NCBI RefSeq assembly: GCF_033153115.1
Contig: NW_026889779.1
Coordinates: forward strand, 23,126,001 to 23,190,000
Reading direction: 5' to 3'
DNA length: 64,000 bases
From: Saccostrea echinata
Taxonomy: Eukaryota
Part shown: piece by piece, positions 24,201 through 36,900 of the stretch
Numbering within the stretch: position 1 is the first letter of the stretch
How the letters are laid out: every line of letters starts with the position of its first letter
The notes under the pieces: model-generated
Database searches by the model: none
What the model saw: only the letters and a program-made list of their open reading frames with translations
Told to the model about the DNA's origin: nothing
Made by a program: the position numbers and the translations under genes

Positions 24201-27200
24201 TGTATGTAAAACACTGATATGATGAAATTTTTCATTGCTTCTTAATAAAAAATTATTTGACTTGAGATGTTGCCTTTCCTGATGATAACATATGTTGAAG
24301 TGAACCAAATCAATTTTGATTATTAGGGCCCCGCTCTGCGGGCACCCTATAGTGATCAGTCTGTCCGTCCATCCGTCCAACTGTCCGTCTGTCCGTCCGA
24401 GATCTCTTGTTCGGAGCATATCTTCTCTCTCCTTGGCCCAATCGGGCTCATACTTCACCCACAGAGTGTCTTTGGATAAAGGGTGTGCAGTGATTTTGAA
24501 CCATGTTTCTAGGTCTAAGGTTAAGGTCATAGCAGAATTATATGAAAAATCCTTGTCCAGAGCATATCTTCTCTCCTCTTGGTCCAATGTGGCTCATACT
24601 TCACTCACAGAGTGCCACTGGTCAATGGATGTGCAGTGACATTGAAGGGTTTCTAGGTCAAGGGTCAAGGTCAAAAATAGCCTCTCTGTTTAAATTCTTG
24701 TTCTGAGCATATTTTCTCTCTCCTTGGCCCAATCTGGCTCATACTTCACCCACAGAGTGTCTTTGGGTAAAGGGTGTGCAGTGACCTTGAACCATGTTTT
24801 TAGGTCTAAGGTTAAGGTCATAGCAGAATTATATGAAAAATCCTTGTCTGGAGCATATCTTCTCTCCCCTAGGTCCAATGTGGCTCATACTTCAATCACA
24901 GAGTGCCACTGGTCAATGGATGTGCAGTGACCTTGAACAAAGTTTCTAGGTCAAGGATCAAGGTCAAAAATAGCCTTTCTGTTTAAAATCTTTGTTTGGT
25001 GCATAATTTTTTTCTCTTAAGTCCAGTCAGCCTCAACTTTACCAATTGACTTAGGTTACTTAACATTTGTAATATTCCTTCCATATTTTGATAGAGGATA
25101 TGCAACAATTTTCATAGAGGATATTTTTGTGCTTTTGTTTGATAGAGGGTATGGAGCACTCGTGATTTTCGTGCCATTTTTTATTATAACAAGGATGACA
25201 TAGAATCCCTTTAGACTCAAACAGCACATCCCTTAATAGTACACAAATGTTCCTCTTCAAAATAAACCCTTTTCAGCTACCCTTACATTTTCATGTTCGT
25301 TGCTGAAAGCGGGGCCCTTTGAGATGGCCACCATCTCAATGATATCTAGTCTACATATATTTTCTTTGAGTTATATTTATAATTTAAGAATTCTGTTCAT
25401 GTACATGTACTTATTTTAGTGTGATCAAAATTTTGCGTTAATGTAGTTCTTGCACTGATTTGAACCATCATAAAATCCTTATTTGGTTATGATACGCTAT
25501 AGTAGTATGAGTCCATTCTAGACAAGGGTTCCAGAATCAACATTATGACACATTCTTTAGTAGATACGAGTGGTTTAATGACTGATGTACACATTTTAGG
25601 ACATAGAGCAAATTCGTGAAGTTCTAGTGGACTGTGGGTATGATGTTGAACTTGCTATTGCCACATTATTGCAGATCATGGAAGTCAGCGAGAATGGTAG
25701 GTCTAGAAAAATTCAAAAAATAAATTTTCACATTTAATCTGTAGTTTTTTTGAACGAATAAACTTTTAGGGAATAAATATTCTAAAGAATTTAAGATGTG
25801 ATTTGAGAAACAGACTGGGCATTCAAGATATAAATGAATCAAAGGGACAGAAATGCATAAGTTTTTTCCATATTACATGTAGTAAGGTAACACTTCAGAA
25901 TTGCAGAGTACAGTACATTTCATTTTTTTTCCAGGTCATGAGGAAACTGCCTCTCTAGCTTCTCAGATGACCTCCACAGACAGTGGGGTGTGGTCTGAAG
26001 CCTCACGGTCCTCTGGGGATTACGCCTCCCCCCAAACTGGGGCCACCCATGTACGAGAAAATAGTTATGGTGGAAGCTCAGGTTATGGATCACTTAGCAG
26101 CTTTCCAGGTGGAGCTAGGCCTAAACAAACTCAGGTATACTGTTAACTCTAAGTTAGCTAGACATAACAGACACAGGTAGAGAGGTTAACTAGACCTAAA
26201 CAGACTCAGGTATACTGTTAACTCTAGATTTGCTAGACCTAAACAGACTTAGGTATACTGTTAACTCTAAGTAAGCTAGACATAACAGACACAGGTAGAG
26301 AGGTTAGTTAGACCTAAACAGACTCAGGTATGCAGTTAACTCTAAGTTAGCTAAACATAACAGACACAATTAGAGAGGTTAGCTAGACCTATACAGACTC
26401 AGAAATAGGGTTCACTTCAATTAAGTTAACTAGACCTAAACAGACTCTGATATAGGTAGGGTTCACTTCAGTTATGTTTTTTGCAATGATATAGGGTTCA
26501 CTCCAATTAAGTTAGCTATACCTAAACAGTTCAACCCAATTCATGTAGCCATGTAGATATAAGTTCTCTTACATTAAGTTAGCTATACCTAAACAGACTC
26601 AGGTATTGAAATGGACTGAATTAAGTCAGCTAGACCTAAATAGATTCAAGAGATTAGTTAAACATCAAATTTGTTCAATCCAGTTAGCAAGATATGATAG
26701 ATCTAGGTCAAGAGTTTATTAATATTAAGCACAGACACTTGATGTTATAATTTTTCCTATCATAAAAAAATTATATTTGCAAATGTTTTCTCTTAAATAA
26801 ACTATTTAAGCAATGCATATCTATCACTGTATTAATAGGTCCTTAAATCATAAATGTTCGACATAAACATTGACGTTTTAATATGTTGAACATTTATGTT
26901 CACATTCGACATGATCCGTTAAACATGTGTCAACAAAGGGTTGATGCATGTTCAACAGATCAAATGCTGTTGAGTTTTGAGAAATAATACATTTCATGAG
27001 TTAAAGGTTATAATTAAGCAAATATAATTATAATATGGCCACAAATATATATATATAAGTAATAAAGTATTACTTTTAAACATCTATAAGGATATAGATA
27101 CAGGTTAGTAAATGATCATGTCTTTGATCACGTGACCAACCCGTACCTATATCCAGATAGATGTTTAAAAGAGATGCCTTATTTCTTAAATAACTCCCTA

Positions 27201-27598
27201 CCTTATTCCTAAACAGCCTCAGGTACTGGCTAATATCATGTAGGGGTTTATATTTTTTTGTGATAAGAAAAATATATAATGTCAAGTGCCAGTGATAAAA
27301 GTTAGCAAGTACCAAACATTCTCTGGGAATAATTTACTTTAATTAAGTTAGTTAGACAGAATGAAAAGTTCATTCCAATTTTCTTATGACCTACTTCTTA
27401 ATTTGAATATGGTTTATTTTACAGATCAAACCTCAATCAGCAAAGGAGAAGAGAGAGAATAAAAAGCTGGAGAAGAAGAAACGAGCCGAGGAGAGACATA
27501 AGATGAGGATTCAGGGGAATTCCCCACAAGTTCCCACAATGTATGATGATAACGCGGTTACCGTGGTCTCCAAGGACATTGGCATGATGAAAATCTAA
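18292..27598 (+). CDS. OTUD3: OTU domain-containing deubiquitinase 3, ~404 aa, 8 coding exons
   Basis: Exons 18292-18521, 22121-22269, 22400-22512, 22858-22986, 23516-23638, 25600-25696, 25935-26134, 27425-27598. All GT-AG and phase-consistent (1215 nt). Cys box [37 protein letters not shown], His box [17 protein letters not shown]-like [20 protein letters not shown], basic C-terminal [14 protein letters not shown]. Confidence 0.94.
22490..22635 (+). repeat. 44-bp tandem repeat (~3 copies) spanning the donor of OTUD3 exon 22400-22512
   Basis: cattcctattg|gtaa occurs at 22502, 22546 and 22590. Confidence 0.9.
22948..23345 (+). repeat. Degenerate ~60-bp tandem repeat (~6 copies) spanning the donor of OTUD3 exon 22858-22986
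   Basis: Recurring cat(g/t)acaa(c/t)actgagtc…tgc(c/t)agtatcaag(atcaag)gtaa…aagtcaaggtca. The first copy is the exon end [13 protein letters not shown]|gtaac. Confidence 0.82.
24322..25350 (-). mobile_element. Non-autonomous Helentron-type element (second HINE family)
   Basis: Subterminal inverted repeat AGGGCCCCGCT (~24325) / AGCGGGGCCCT (~25308), (GTCC)n microsatellite at 24360-24400, two ~300-bp direct repeats (24410-24700 and 24700-25000) and terminal hairpin gagatggccaccatctc. Confidence 0.75.
26113..26660 (+). repeat. Degenerate ~33-42-bp tandem repeat spanning the donor of OTUD3 exon 25935-26134
   Basis: Recurring gctagac(c/a)taa(a)cagac(t/a)caggta. The first copy is the exon end GARPKQTQ|gtatac. 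Confidence 0.85.
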
Positions 27599-27827
27599 AA
27601 ATATTCAAAGGAACTAATGTGTCGGGGTTGTGGTATAAAACAAGGCATATTTATTTACCTAGTTATTGGATGCATCATCCCTGCTGTTCCCCATCTCTAG
27701 TAAGAAATTAGGAACAGAAAACTGGTGTGTAAATAACTAATTTAAAATAAGTTCCATTTACTTTTTGTGATTTTATGTGGTTAGTTTATGGACTTAAATC
27801 ATGAAAAGCTGTGCAACTGCTCACTAT

Positions 27828-28188
27828 TAGGCCAAAAAAAATTAATCAATAGTTTCTCAGGCATCGCTGCATCAGGTCAAACACTGCCGCATTGATCAAT
27901 TTTATTGACATATTCAAAAGGGAAATAACTCAATTTTCCATTTTTCCAAGTTGAAAAAGAAAATTGAGTTATTTCCCTTTTCATAAATGCTAATAGATAG
28001 ACGTTTTTATTAGATAAACAATACTTTTCTTGTTAATATGGTATTTTATGAATTAACTTTGTTTGGAACAACATTATTTAAAGTTGAATACATTTTATAA
28101 TTGATGTAAGAGAACAAAAAAAAGTAAAAATAAGTTTATATCATCATTTTGTTGAGCAACTGACATGAAAAAAGGTATAACACCTGCT

Positions 28189-28226
<38 letters not shown>

Positions 28227-28282
28227 CTGCCCGCCGCATTGAATTTTGAAATTTTTGGCCTAATTAATTTTGTATGGCCTTA
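27828..28282. mobile_element. Probable TIR MITE in the OTUD3 3' UTR, with an internal hairpin
   Basis: Ends TAGGCCAAAAAAAATTAAT / ATTAATTTTGTATGGCCTTA (also AATTTTTGGCCTA). Internal inverted repeat aaaagggaaataactcaatttt / aaaattgagttatttccctttt at ~27916-27981. Confidence 0.55.
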
Positions 28283-30326
28283 TATTGCACCCTGTCATGA
28301 TTTACTTTGTGATGGATATCAGTTTTGACCTTCTATGCTTTCAGCATTTCATATTTCTTTTCTGTTATGAAAGGAAGGAAACTTTGCTTCGGACAATCTT
28401 TATTCTTTCATGTATCATTACACTTTATTGGATATTTTGAATAATTTCTATCTAATAATTTCAACTGTCTTCAAAACACTTATTTGTACATGTATTTACT
28501 GCCTGTCAGTCTTTTCTGTTGTGTTTTGATGTGAAATTTAAGAGTGTAGGGGAAAAAACCTTCTGGATCTGTCTTTAAAGGGATTTGGGTTACTAAACAC
28601 AAATTTGCAACCAAACCCACTTTATGCCATGATATGACTGATATGTAATTCAGAAAATCAGTGAAAACTCCTCATAAGAATATTTTAATAGGGTGTTAAG
28701 ATATACCACCCTGTAGAATACTAATCTTTGATTTACATTGTCAGTTACATGTAAAAGTATGTTACCGACAGGAGATTAAATCTAGTTATCGTACAAAATG
28801 TATGTGATAATATTACCTATGAACATGTATGCATAGTTGTTGCTTATTGATAGTGTAAAAACACAAAAATGTAATCAGAAAAAGAAAAAATGTTAGTAGT
28901 TACCAAATGAAAATTATGTAATAGACACTAGTTCCTGAAATCTTGAGTGTGTCAGATTTTTTCCTTTATTAAACAGTCTTCACAAAATTAGTGTGATTAT
29001 TACTCCACTTGTCTTTCATTGTTATATATTGTTTAATTTATATATTGTTGTTATATTTCATTTACTTTGTTGTGGATATGTACTGTATGAAATTGCATAA
29101 GAATATGATGTAGAGATGGTCTCACAGTTTTCATGTGAAGTTGTAGATAGATGTACATATAGACTTTTGTAACTATTAAAACTGGTATACATATACATGT
29201 ACAATATAACTTAGAAATGGTACATTTTTTGAAGATTTTTTATCTTCTACTATGTACATGTATTTTATATCCAGTATGAAAATTTTGTACCGGTAGGTTT
29301 ATTTGAAAAGTGATGTAGAAAATTCAGGGATTAATATTTTTGGTATTGATGTAACTCATTATTGCTAATCACATCTTCATTATAGCCAACTATTCAAAAT
29401 GTTTCTCTTTTCACAAACCCTTGGCCTATTATACTACTAAAATAAAGGATTTGGGTGGATAAAGTGTGATTGGACCCGATTGATTCCCCTCCACCAATAA
29501 GGAGGGTGCAGGAAAGATACAGTCACTGACACCAGTCTGGATGAATTTTGAAAATTTCAAAAACACCTGGCTAGCAAAGATGTGCTAATCAAAGTAAAAG
29601 AAAAATGCTCGCAGAAACCCGAGATTTTTTGATACATAGTGAAATGTAGAGAGCTGTAATGAAAAAGTCCCTTGGCTTATATTTCCTGGATCAGATTTGA
29701 TTAATATTTGTGTGTTACTTGTTATTTTCTCTTTTCCTATTGACTGTGTTATATTCTGGACAAGAGTTTCAGTTATTACAAATATATATATTTTTCTGTA
29801 ATAAAAATATGCTTTATATCAGGTGTTTATTTTATGAAGAAAAGGTCTAAATTTTGGAATTCTGACTATGGTAATATTTTCCTGAAAATTCCACAAGGCA
29901 AATTGTAAATAGTTTAAATTGATTTTTAAGAGCAGTGTATACATGTAGGTACAGAACTGTAGCTCTATGGAGAATACTACTACTAATTTTGGAGGGATAT
30001 TAATGATGCTTAATTTAAATATTCAAAAATCTTATATCTAGCAAATGAACCATTCCACATTAAATTGAAATTTGATTTTACCATTTTCTTGCCCAATTCA
30101 ACAAATTGAAGAAATCTGTCAGTATTAAACCTTAATGTGAGTGTTTAATTTGTTATATCTTAATCTCAAACAAATTGCAGAGGCAAGTTAAAAAATGCAC
30201 TTAAAACGTACAATTGTAACAAAGATAAACAACAGTATTTATATAACAATTTCATCATTCACACTACAGATATGAACAAGAATTTCACTTCACCATTTCT
30301 TCTTACAGTTTCATTCTAAATTTATA

Positions 30327-31703
30327 TCAGAAGAGGTTCGTTTGGAGCATTATACGGATGAATTCTGATTGGTCGACTCGACCATCTCCATTTATATCTG
30401 CCTCTTCTATCATTTCTTCTAGCTCCTTCTGTGTGAATTTTATACCAGCATCTTCACATGCCATTTTCAAATTGTCTAATGATATTGCCCCCGATTTATC
30501 TGAAATAAAAAAAAAAATGCTGTGTGATCTTCATAGTGAGAATAATATAGTTTTTTTCCCTTTGGATTGAGTGAAGTGTTTTAATTTAAAACACTTGTAC
30601 AGAAATTTCAACTGCGATAGGAAAAAAATAATTGAATGAGAAAGTGAGTTTCAAGTTTATGATTTTTATTATGTTTGATAGTATTACTTCTATATTAACC
30701 CGTTTTAAAACCTGTCTATCTTCTGAGGGGCAGATGAAATTTAATCTTTACAAGGTGTCACTTGTATATATTTAAATTAACTTCATAATAATGAACTGAC
30801 CATAGTCAAACATGCTGAATCCCTTGAGGATTTCATCATACATATCTCGAGAATCTCCTTGTCTATCAATGATCACCTCCAGAAATTCAGTGAACTCAAT
30901 TTGACTGGAAAAAAAAAAACCGGACGAATGTAAAAATGATTTTCTATCATAAACATGTTCAAGGTAATTTAGAAGGGAATGAAAGGGACTAACCTCCTGC
31001 CTTTTAAATTGACATCTACAATCATTTGCTTGGCATCATCTCTGCTACACTTAAACCCTAGGGCTCTCATTGCTCTTCTAAGTTCAGCAGAGTTTATGTA
31101 CCTGAAATAATTTCATGATATCTTTTACCTATAACCACCAGTAAACATTACAAGATAAAACTGTCTGAACAAAATCAGTTTCTTACCCATCATTATTTGT
31201 ATCAAACAACTCGAACACAACCAGAAGATCTCTTATCTCTTGAGCTGTAAGGTGTTTAAGGATTCTGTTAGACATTTTGTATCCATGGACTTCCTTTTCA
31301 TCCACAGGATTTGAGGTCAACAATTTAACAAGCTGAAAATATTGGGGGAAAAGTAAACTTCCCGTTAAATCAATATTTTGCTAACATTGTACAGCACAAG
31401 TCTTTATTATTTTATAAGAAAGTGTTTCATGTTTTTGTATAACTACACGTAATACAAATCTTAATCATTGAGTACAGTATAAAATATTGTTCCAGTAAAG
31501 GCCAATTTCCATATACAATTTTGTTGAGTCTTTAAGTATGGACATTACCTTTAGAAGATACTTACACTTTCTCCTGGTTTAGGGGGAGGAGGAACAAAAG
31601 CAGGTGCGATTGGATCTGACGGGGAGTTATTCTCCTTTAGAGATTTACTGCCGCTCTTCTTACTCTTGCTCTTTTTTGACTTCCCCTTCTTTTTACCCGG
31701 CAT
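30327..31703 (-). CDS. Centrin/caltractin-like four-EF-hand calcium-binding protein, ~222 aa, 5 exons
   Basis: Exons 31566-31703, 31187-31332, 30994-31101, 30801-30904, 30327-30499 (669 nt, phase-consistent). FELFDTNNDGYINSAELRRAMRALGF, IEFTEFL, FSMFDYDKSGAISLDNLK, ELEEMIEEADINGDGRVDQSEFIRIMLQTNLF*. The AMRALGF segment and TNLF C-terminus are centrin-like. Confidence 0.88.
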
Positions 31704-32877
31704 TATTGTTATCAAATGTAAGACACTAAAAATTGATGTTTGTTTACAACAAGCACCTGTTGTACGCCATTTTGACGCTACCTGTGTTGCCCCCTGACGT
31801 AACAATTTTCTTTATCACTGATTGGTTTAACTTTTGAATATAAATTTAAAATCAACCTTATGTATCACGTTTTTCCGGATTATCTTCAAAAAGTTTTTCT
31901 CTTTCATTTTAAGCTCACCTGTATAAGGCACCGTTTTTGGTACTTTCTAGGTATTCCATGAAATCAAATAGGGATTTTTTTCAATCAAGAATTCATTTTT
32001 TGATATTGAAAAATGAATGAATGAATGAAAAAATAAATAAATAAATAAATAATCACAGAAAATAACTTGAAAGAGAATTTCGTGATATCAATTTTTTTTT
32101 CTTATTTTCCGATATCAGAAAACCATTTTTTGAACATCCAATATTCAATTTTCTGATAAAATAAATCATTTTAAGATAACAGAAATTCACCTTTAAAAAA
32201 AAAAAAATTAAAAATTCGAATTTCAACCAATAATGCCTTTAAGATTTATGAAAATTATCAATTTATCTCCTGACCTCGCACTTGTTGCATTAAAGAAAAT
32301 TAACATAATAAATTTTTGCTATTTTCGGGTGTTCATTGTCTAGTATTTACATATATTAGAAATATTAAAAAAAAGACGGTTACCAGTGTCGTAGTTGCCA
32401 TGGCCTCGAATTTATTTATGTTTATTTAACTTGTATTTTCCCGCTATTTCACGTATATCTTGTATATTGTCTTTGTTTGTATATATTGTATATAGAACCT
32501 CATTTGAGTGAATAAATTGAACTTGAATTTTATAAGAGAGATGGACATAGATTTTTTTTAAATACATGTATCTGAATTTAGGCTTTCATAGGAAAAAAAA
32601 GAATCTTCTCAGGAACAGCAAAGCCATGATTGTAGTTATATTTATATGGAATCAAAAAGAGACCCTACTGAATGCGGTAAAGGTTAATGAATTTCAGTTT
32701 ACAACATAATTTTCTTTGTCTTTCGGAAGTATGGATATCCTTATAAAAGTGATCATGAATTTCTTTGTGCTCCTATTTTAATATTTCTTCACTTAAGGCA
32801 GTTATGATAGTTTAAGAGTTTTTGTAAAATGTGCTTTATGAATAATTTTTTTTTTTTATTTTTTATTACAATGTATG

Positions 32878-33070
32878 CATGCGCGGATCTAGAGGAGGTG
32901 GGGAGGGGTGGGGTCCGGAACACCCCCCCCCCCCCCCCGAAGGTATTTTTCACGTCGGGGAAAGGCTTTTTTTGTTTGTCAAGATATTTCTGGGAGAAAA
33001 TTTTTTGCTCGGGTGGACACTCCACCCCACCCCACCCCCCTCCCGGAAAAAAATTCTGGATCCGCGCCTG
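32878..33070. mobile_element. Short TIR element (PIF/Harbinger-like MITE)
   Basis: 16-bp terminal inverted repeats CATGCGCGGATCTAGA / TCTGGATCCGCGCCTG with G/C-run-rich interior. The superfamily assignment is inferred from the GCGGATC-type ends. Confidence 0.65.
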
Positions 33071-33111
33071 GCATGTATTCGGGGGGGGGGGGGGTTCCTG
33101 TCAACAAGCAC

Positions 33112-33208
33112 CTGTGGCATAGATTGCCAAGTGGTCTAGCGCACTGTTTCTGTTCTGCTAGGAGACAGGTTGCGTAGGTCGAGAGTTCAACCCCGGGTTG
33201 GAGCGGAA
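33112..33208 (+). mobile_element. tRNA-derived SINE head (degenerate)
   Basis: A-box-like TGCCAAGTGGTCTAG and B-box-like GAGTTCAACCC. No clean cloverleaf acceptor stem. Confidence 0.5.
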
Positions 33209-33463
33209 GTGGGTATCCTTATAAAAACGATCATGAATTTCTCTGTGCTCCCCCTCTCTCTCTTTCTATATATATATATATATATATAAACTTCTGTTTT
33301 CCCACTTTGATACCATGACTTTCCATCGACAACGACATGGGGATTCTCTCTTCAAACTAAAGGCTTTAATTTTAAAATAAATTGCGTAAAAGAGTATTTT
33401 TGGGTTCGAAGATAATGCAACAAACCAGACCAGTATTCGAACACTGGTCCCCTCAATTTTATG

Positions 33464-33601
33464 NNNNNNNNNNNNNNNNNNNNNNNNNNNNNNNNNNNNN
33501 NNNNNNNNNNNNNNNNNNNNNNNNNNNNNNNNNNNNNNNNNNNNNNNNNNNNNNNNNNNNNNNNNNNNNNNNNNNNNNNNNNNNNNNNNNNNNNNNNNNN
33601 N
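33464..33601. other. Assembly gap (N run)
   Basis: Run of n characters. Confidence 1.
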
Positions 33602-33944
33602 ATAGAATTCATTTATTTAACAAAAACAGAATTTTAAACAGAAAAAATCTTATCATATCTCATCGCAAATGCAAAAAGAATCTCCCTTAATTTTAAATAA
33701 AACTAATATTTGCATGTGAAGATATATCAATTACAATATTTCTTAAAACACAACATAACTGTAAAAATAGATATACGATACACATAGACGGTTTTCCTAA
33801 TTTTCGCAAGAAATAACATTACAATACATTATCAACATTATCCCCACCATTATCTGCAATTCACAGGAAATTAAATGCGTAAAGAGATTCTCACAAAATT
33901 ATCACATCGTTTTCGTCTGTTGCCAAGTTACATGTTTTATCATT

Positions 33945-36900
33945 TTAGTGACGCTGTAATAAAGTTTTCCCTGAAAAAAAATTAAAATAGGTATCAAACT
34001 AATAATGTATCAATCTGGACTTAAGATAAGGACGCAATTATTAGATTGTATACACTAGTAGAAGAAATCAATATTTAGAAACCCATCTTTCACTTTTGTG
34101 TGTGTGTAAAAGGGGGGGGGGGGTGTCGAGATCTACCACTGTGTGAAAAATTCATTGTACTCTTATGTGATAATTATTAAAAAAAAATAATGACTAACGT
34201 AAATAATTGAAAAATTGCAAAGAAAGAAGAAAATGCCAAAATCATTGATTATTTGATCCGCCCTTCTGATTCTCCTCAAACACTTACCGGCGTTTCTCTC
34301 CAGGGTACCCTCTGATTCTGGTGTGGAAGCTCGGGAGGAGTCAGATATCTCCGACTGAAATCCCTCCCTACGCAACAACCAATACGTCCTCACGGTGCCT
34401 TTGAAAGCATGAAGGAGGTCACGATCATTCTGATTAATATAACGATATTTTTTCTTTAGTATTTGTTCCCCATTTTTCTGAAAACATGCGTCTTTTTTCA
34501 TGCAATTTTACGATATCATCGGTTTGTCCCCATGTATAAGTTCTAATGCCCCAAGACCGTAAACTGAGAACAGACTTAGGTCAAAATTTAGATTTAGAAT
34601 ATCTTGATTTTAATTTAAAAACCATGGTTGTAAAGGTGCAGTTTGTAAAATATCCAAATACAAACATTCAATTTAAATTGGTTTTATTTCCTTATTATTT
34701 AACTGTTCTCAATCTATGGTCTTGCAGGGTTTGGAGGTATCAGTATCTTTTTGGTTAATGAAATTACATTTATCTGAAGCGGGGGGTGGGTGGGGGGATT
34801 TAAATACAAATAAAATTCAGTATCAGAGTACCTTAATGTTGTCCTTGCGTTCTTCTATGACAAAACCTCCCAAACCATCTAAGAGTTCGAAGGTCGTCTC
34901 ACTAATATGGATTCGATTGGCTGAAACATATCATTAATAAAGCACCAAGGACCTTGTAATAAAAAGTTCTGAAAGTTTTACTTCATGATCAACAATCTTT
35001 ACCTTTTCCAAGTGACTCCATCTTAGAAGCAAGGCTCACCGTCTCACCAAACAGACAATATCTCGGCATCTTTGACCCAACCACTCCAGCTACTACGGGA
35101 CCTGGAAAACAAATAGCAGCAGTGTTCTAATACTAGTATCTAAAAGTCAGTCTGACAAGAACTAACTAATGAAAGCTCAGACTATTGATGACAATCTAAA
35201 TTTGGACTGTTTTCAATTTGAATTAAACTTATTTTTAAAAGAGACGCACCAGAGTGACAACCGGTCCTGAGTCTGAACTTGGTCCCAGGAAGATGAGGTA
35301 TCTCAAGTCGGTTGATGTGTTCCAACAGATCTAGTGCCATGGTTGCGATCTCTGCAGCGTGACGCCGTCCATTCTGACGAGGTACTCCTGAATGGCATAA
35401 GAAAGCATACCAAATGCATTTACATGAGTATTGCACAACTATCGATATGTTTTACCACAAAGTATACCGGTATTGTTCAGTAACATCTATCTGCATGATT
35501 GATACTTGGAATTTCTACAACGTTCCTTACCCGACACCACCATGTAGGCATCACCAATGGTTTCCACTTTGTACACGTCATACATCTCGATCCGCTGGTC
35601 GAAACAAAGATATAAACTGTTCAGCATGTCCACGACCTGCAATGGGGAACTCTGAGAAGAAATCTGAGTGAATCCCACAATGTCGCTAAAGAAAATGGTG
35701 GACTCGCTAAATTGTTCCGCGTCAACAACTTCGTTCTGCTTTAGTCGCTCAGCTACAGACTTCGGCAACATTTGGTACAAAAGGGTGTCTGTTCGTTTCT
35801 TCTCTTTATTTAGCGCTTTTGTTCTGAAACAAATGAATAAGGATTTAAAGAAATATACTATCTAGTACCAATTCTTTGTTGAAGCGTCAAATAAACCAAA
35901 GAATACTAGTAGCCGTACAAACCGATTTGCAATTGAAATGGAATACGTCTGAATCTCTGAGGTCAGAGAATACACCGCGAACACGATCAATGGACATATA
36001 ATGAGAATTACTCCGAACACGATGCATATAGTAATCACGTTCCTCAGATCGTCATTGGAACTTTCTGATAGAAGCTGGTCTATTTTTGTTGCTAACTGTC
36101 TTTGAGTGGCCCTAAGAGCGTTCATATACACTGTCATGTTGTTGAACCACCATTTTGCACGCTCTACAGAACCACGTGACGACGAACTCCTATTCGAGCG
36201 AATCTCGTTCCTCATTTTCTGCATAGGTTCAATGATATTAGCGTTCCTCATCAACTGCGCCTCGTACATGTCATAAGCCAGTTCTGAATACAATCTGGAC
36301 GACTGGAAAGTGATGTTAGCGATATCTTGGCTTTCCACAAACAACAGATATTCGTCTCTTGTATTAAATCGACCAACGGCGTAAAAAGACACACCAAGTC
36401 CTCTCTCTCGTCCAAAGAACTCACTAGCCACGATAATTTCTTGATAGGCCACCAAGCTCTTCCACACTGATCCTGACTGAGTTTCAACAATTGCCTCATA
36501 CAACCACTGGATGAAGACTTCGATGCTGTCGGAGTAGAATTGCAGCTCCTCTTTGATGGTCCTGTTGTAAGAATCCAGCTGATAGCGATGTCTGTTGAGG
36601 TAGGAGAGGAACTTTTCTCGGGTTTGAAACTCGTCCCTGACGATATTGGCACTGGTTGGCCAGGAGGACAGGTTCTGAATGGCGATGTCGGTATCGGGGT
36701 ATCGCTGTAGGAGGAGGTCTTTGGTTTCCAGTTCTATATTACTCACGTACAAAGCGCTCATATCTCGTTCCCTCTGAATGTTACCGAGCAAAATACCCAA
36801 CTCAATGCTAAAAAGAACAAAGGGAAGGATGGTTAATATTTATTGGTGTCATAGCAATATGTAAAATACAAATATTTTGGTCTCAACAATTTTTCGCCGG

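Noticed and set aside
24192-24930. Duplicated ORFs (…[12 protein letters not shown]…)
   Set aside because: Translations of the direct repeats inside a Helentron-type element.
32789-33177. Pro/Gly-rich ORFs
   Set aside because: They arise from G/C homopolymer runs in a MITE.
33112-33208. Possible tRNA gene
   Set aside because: A/B boxes are present, but I could not form acceptor and anticodon stems. Treated as a SINE head; tRNAscan-SE would settle it.
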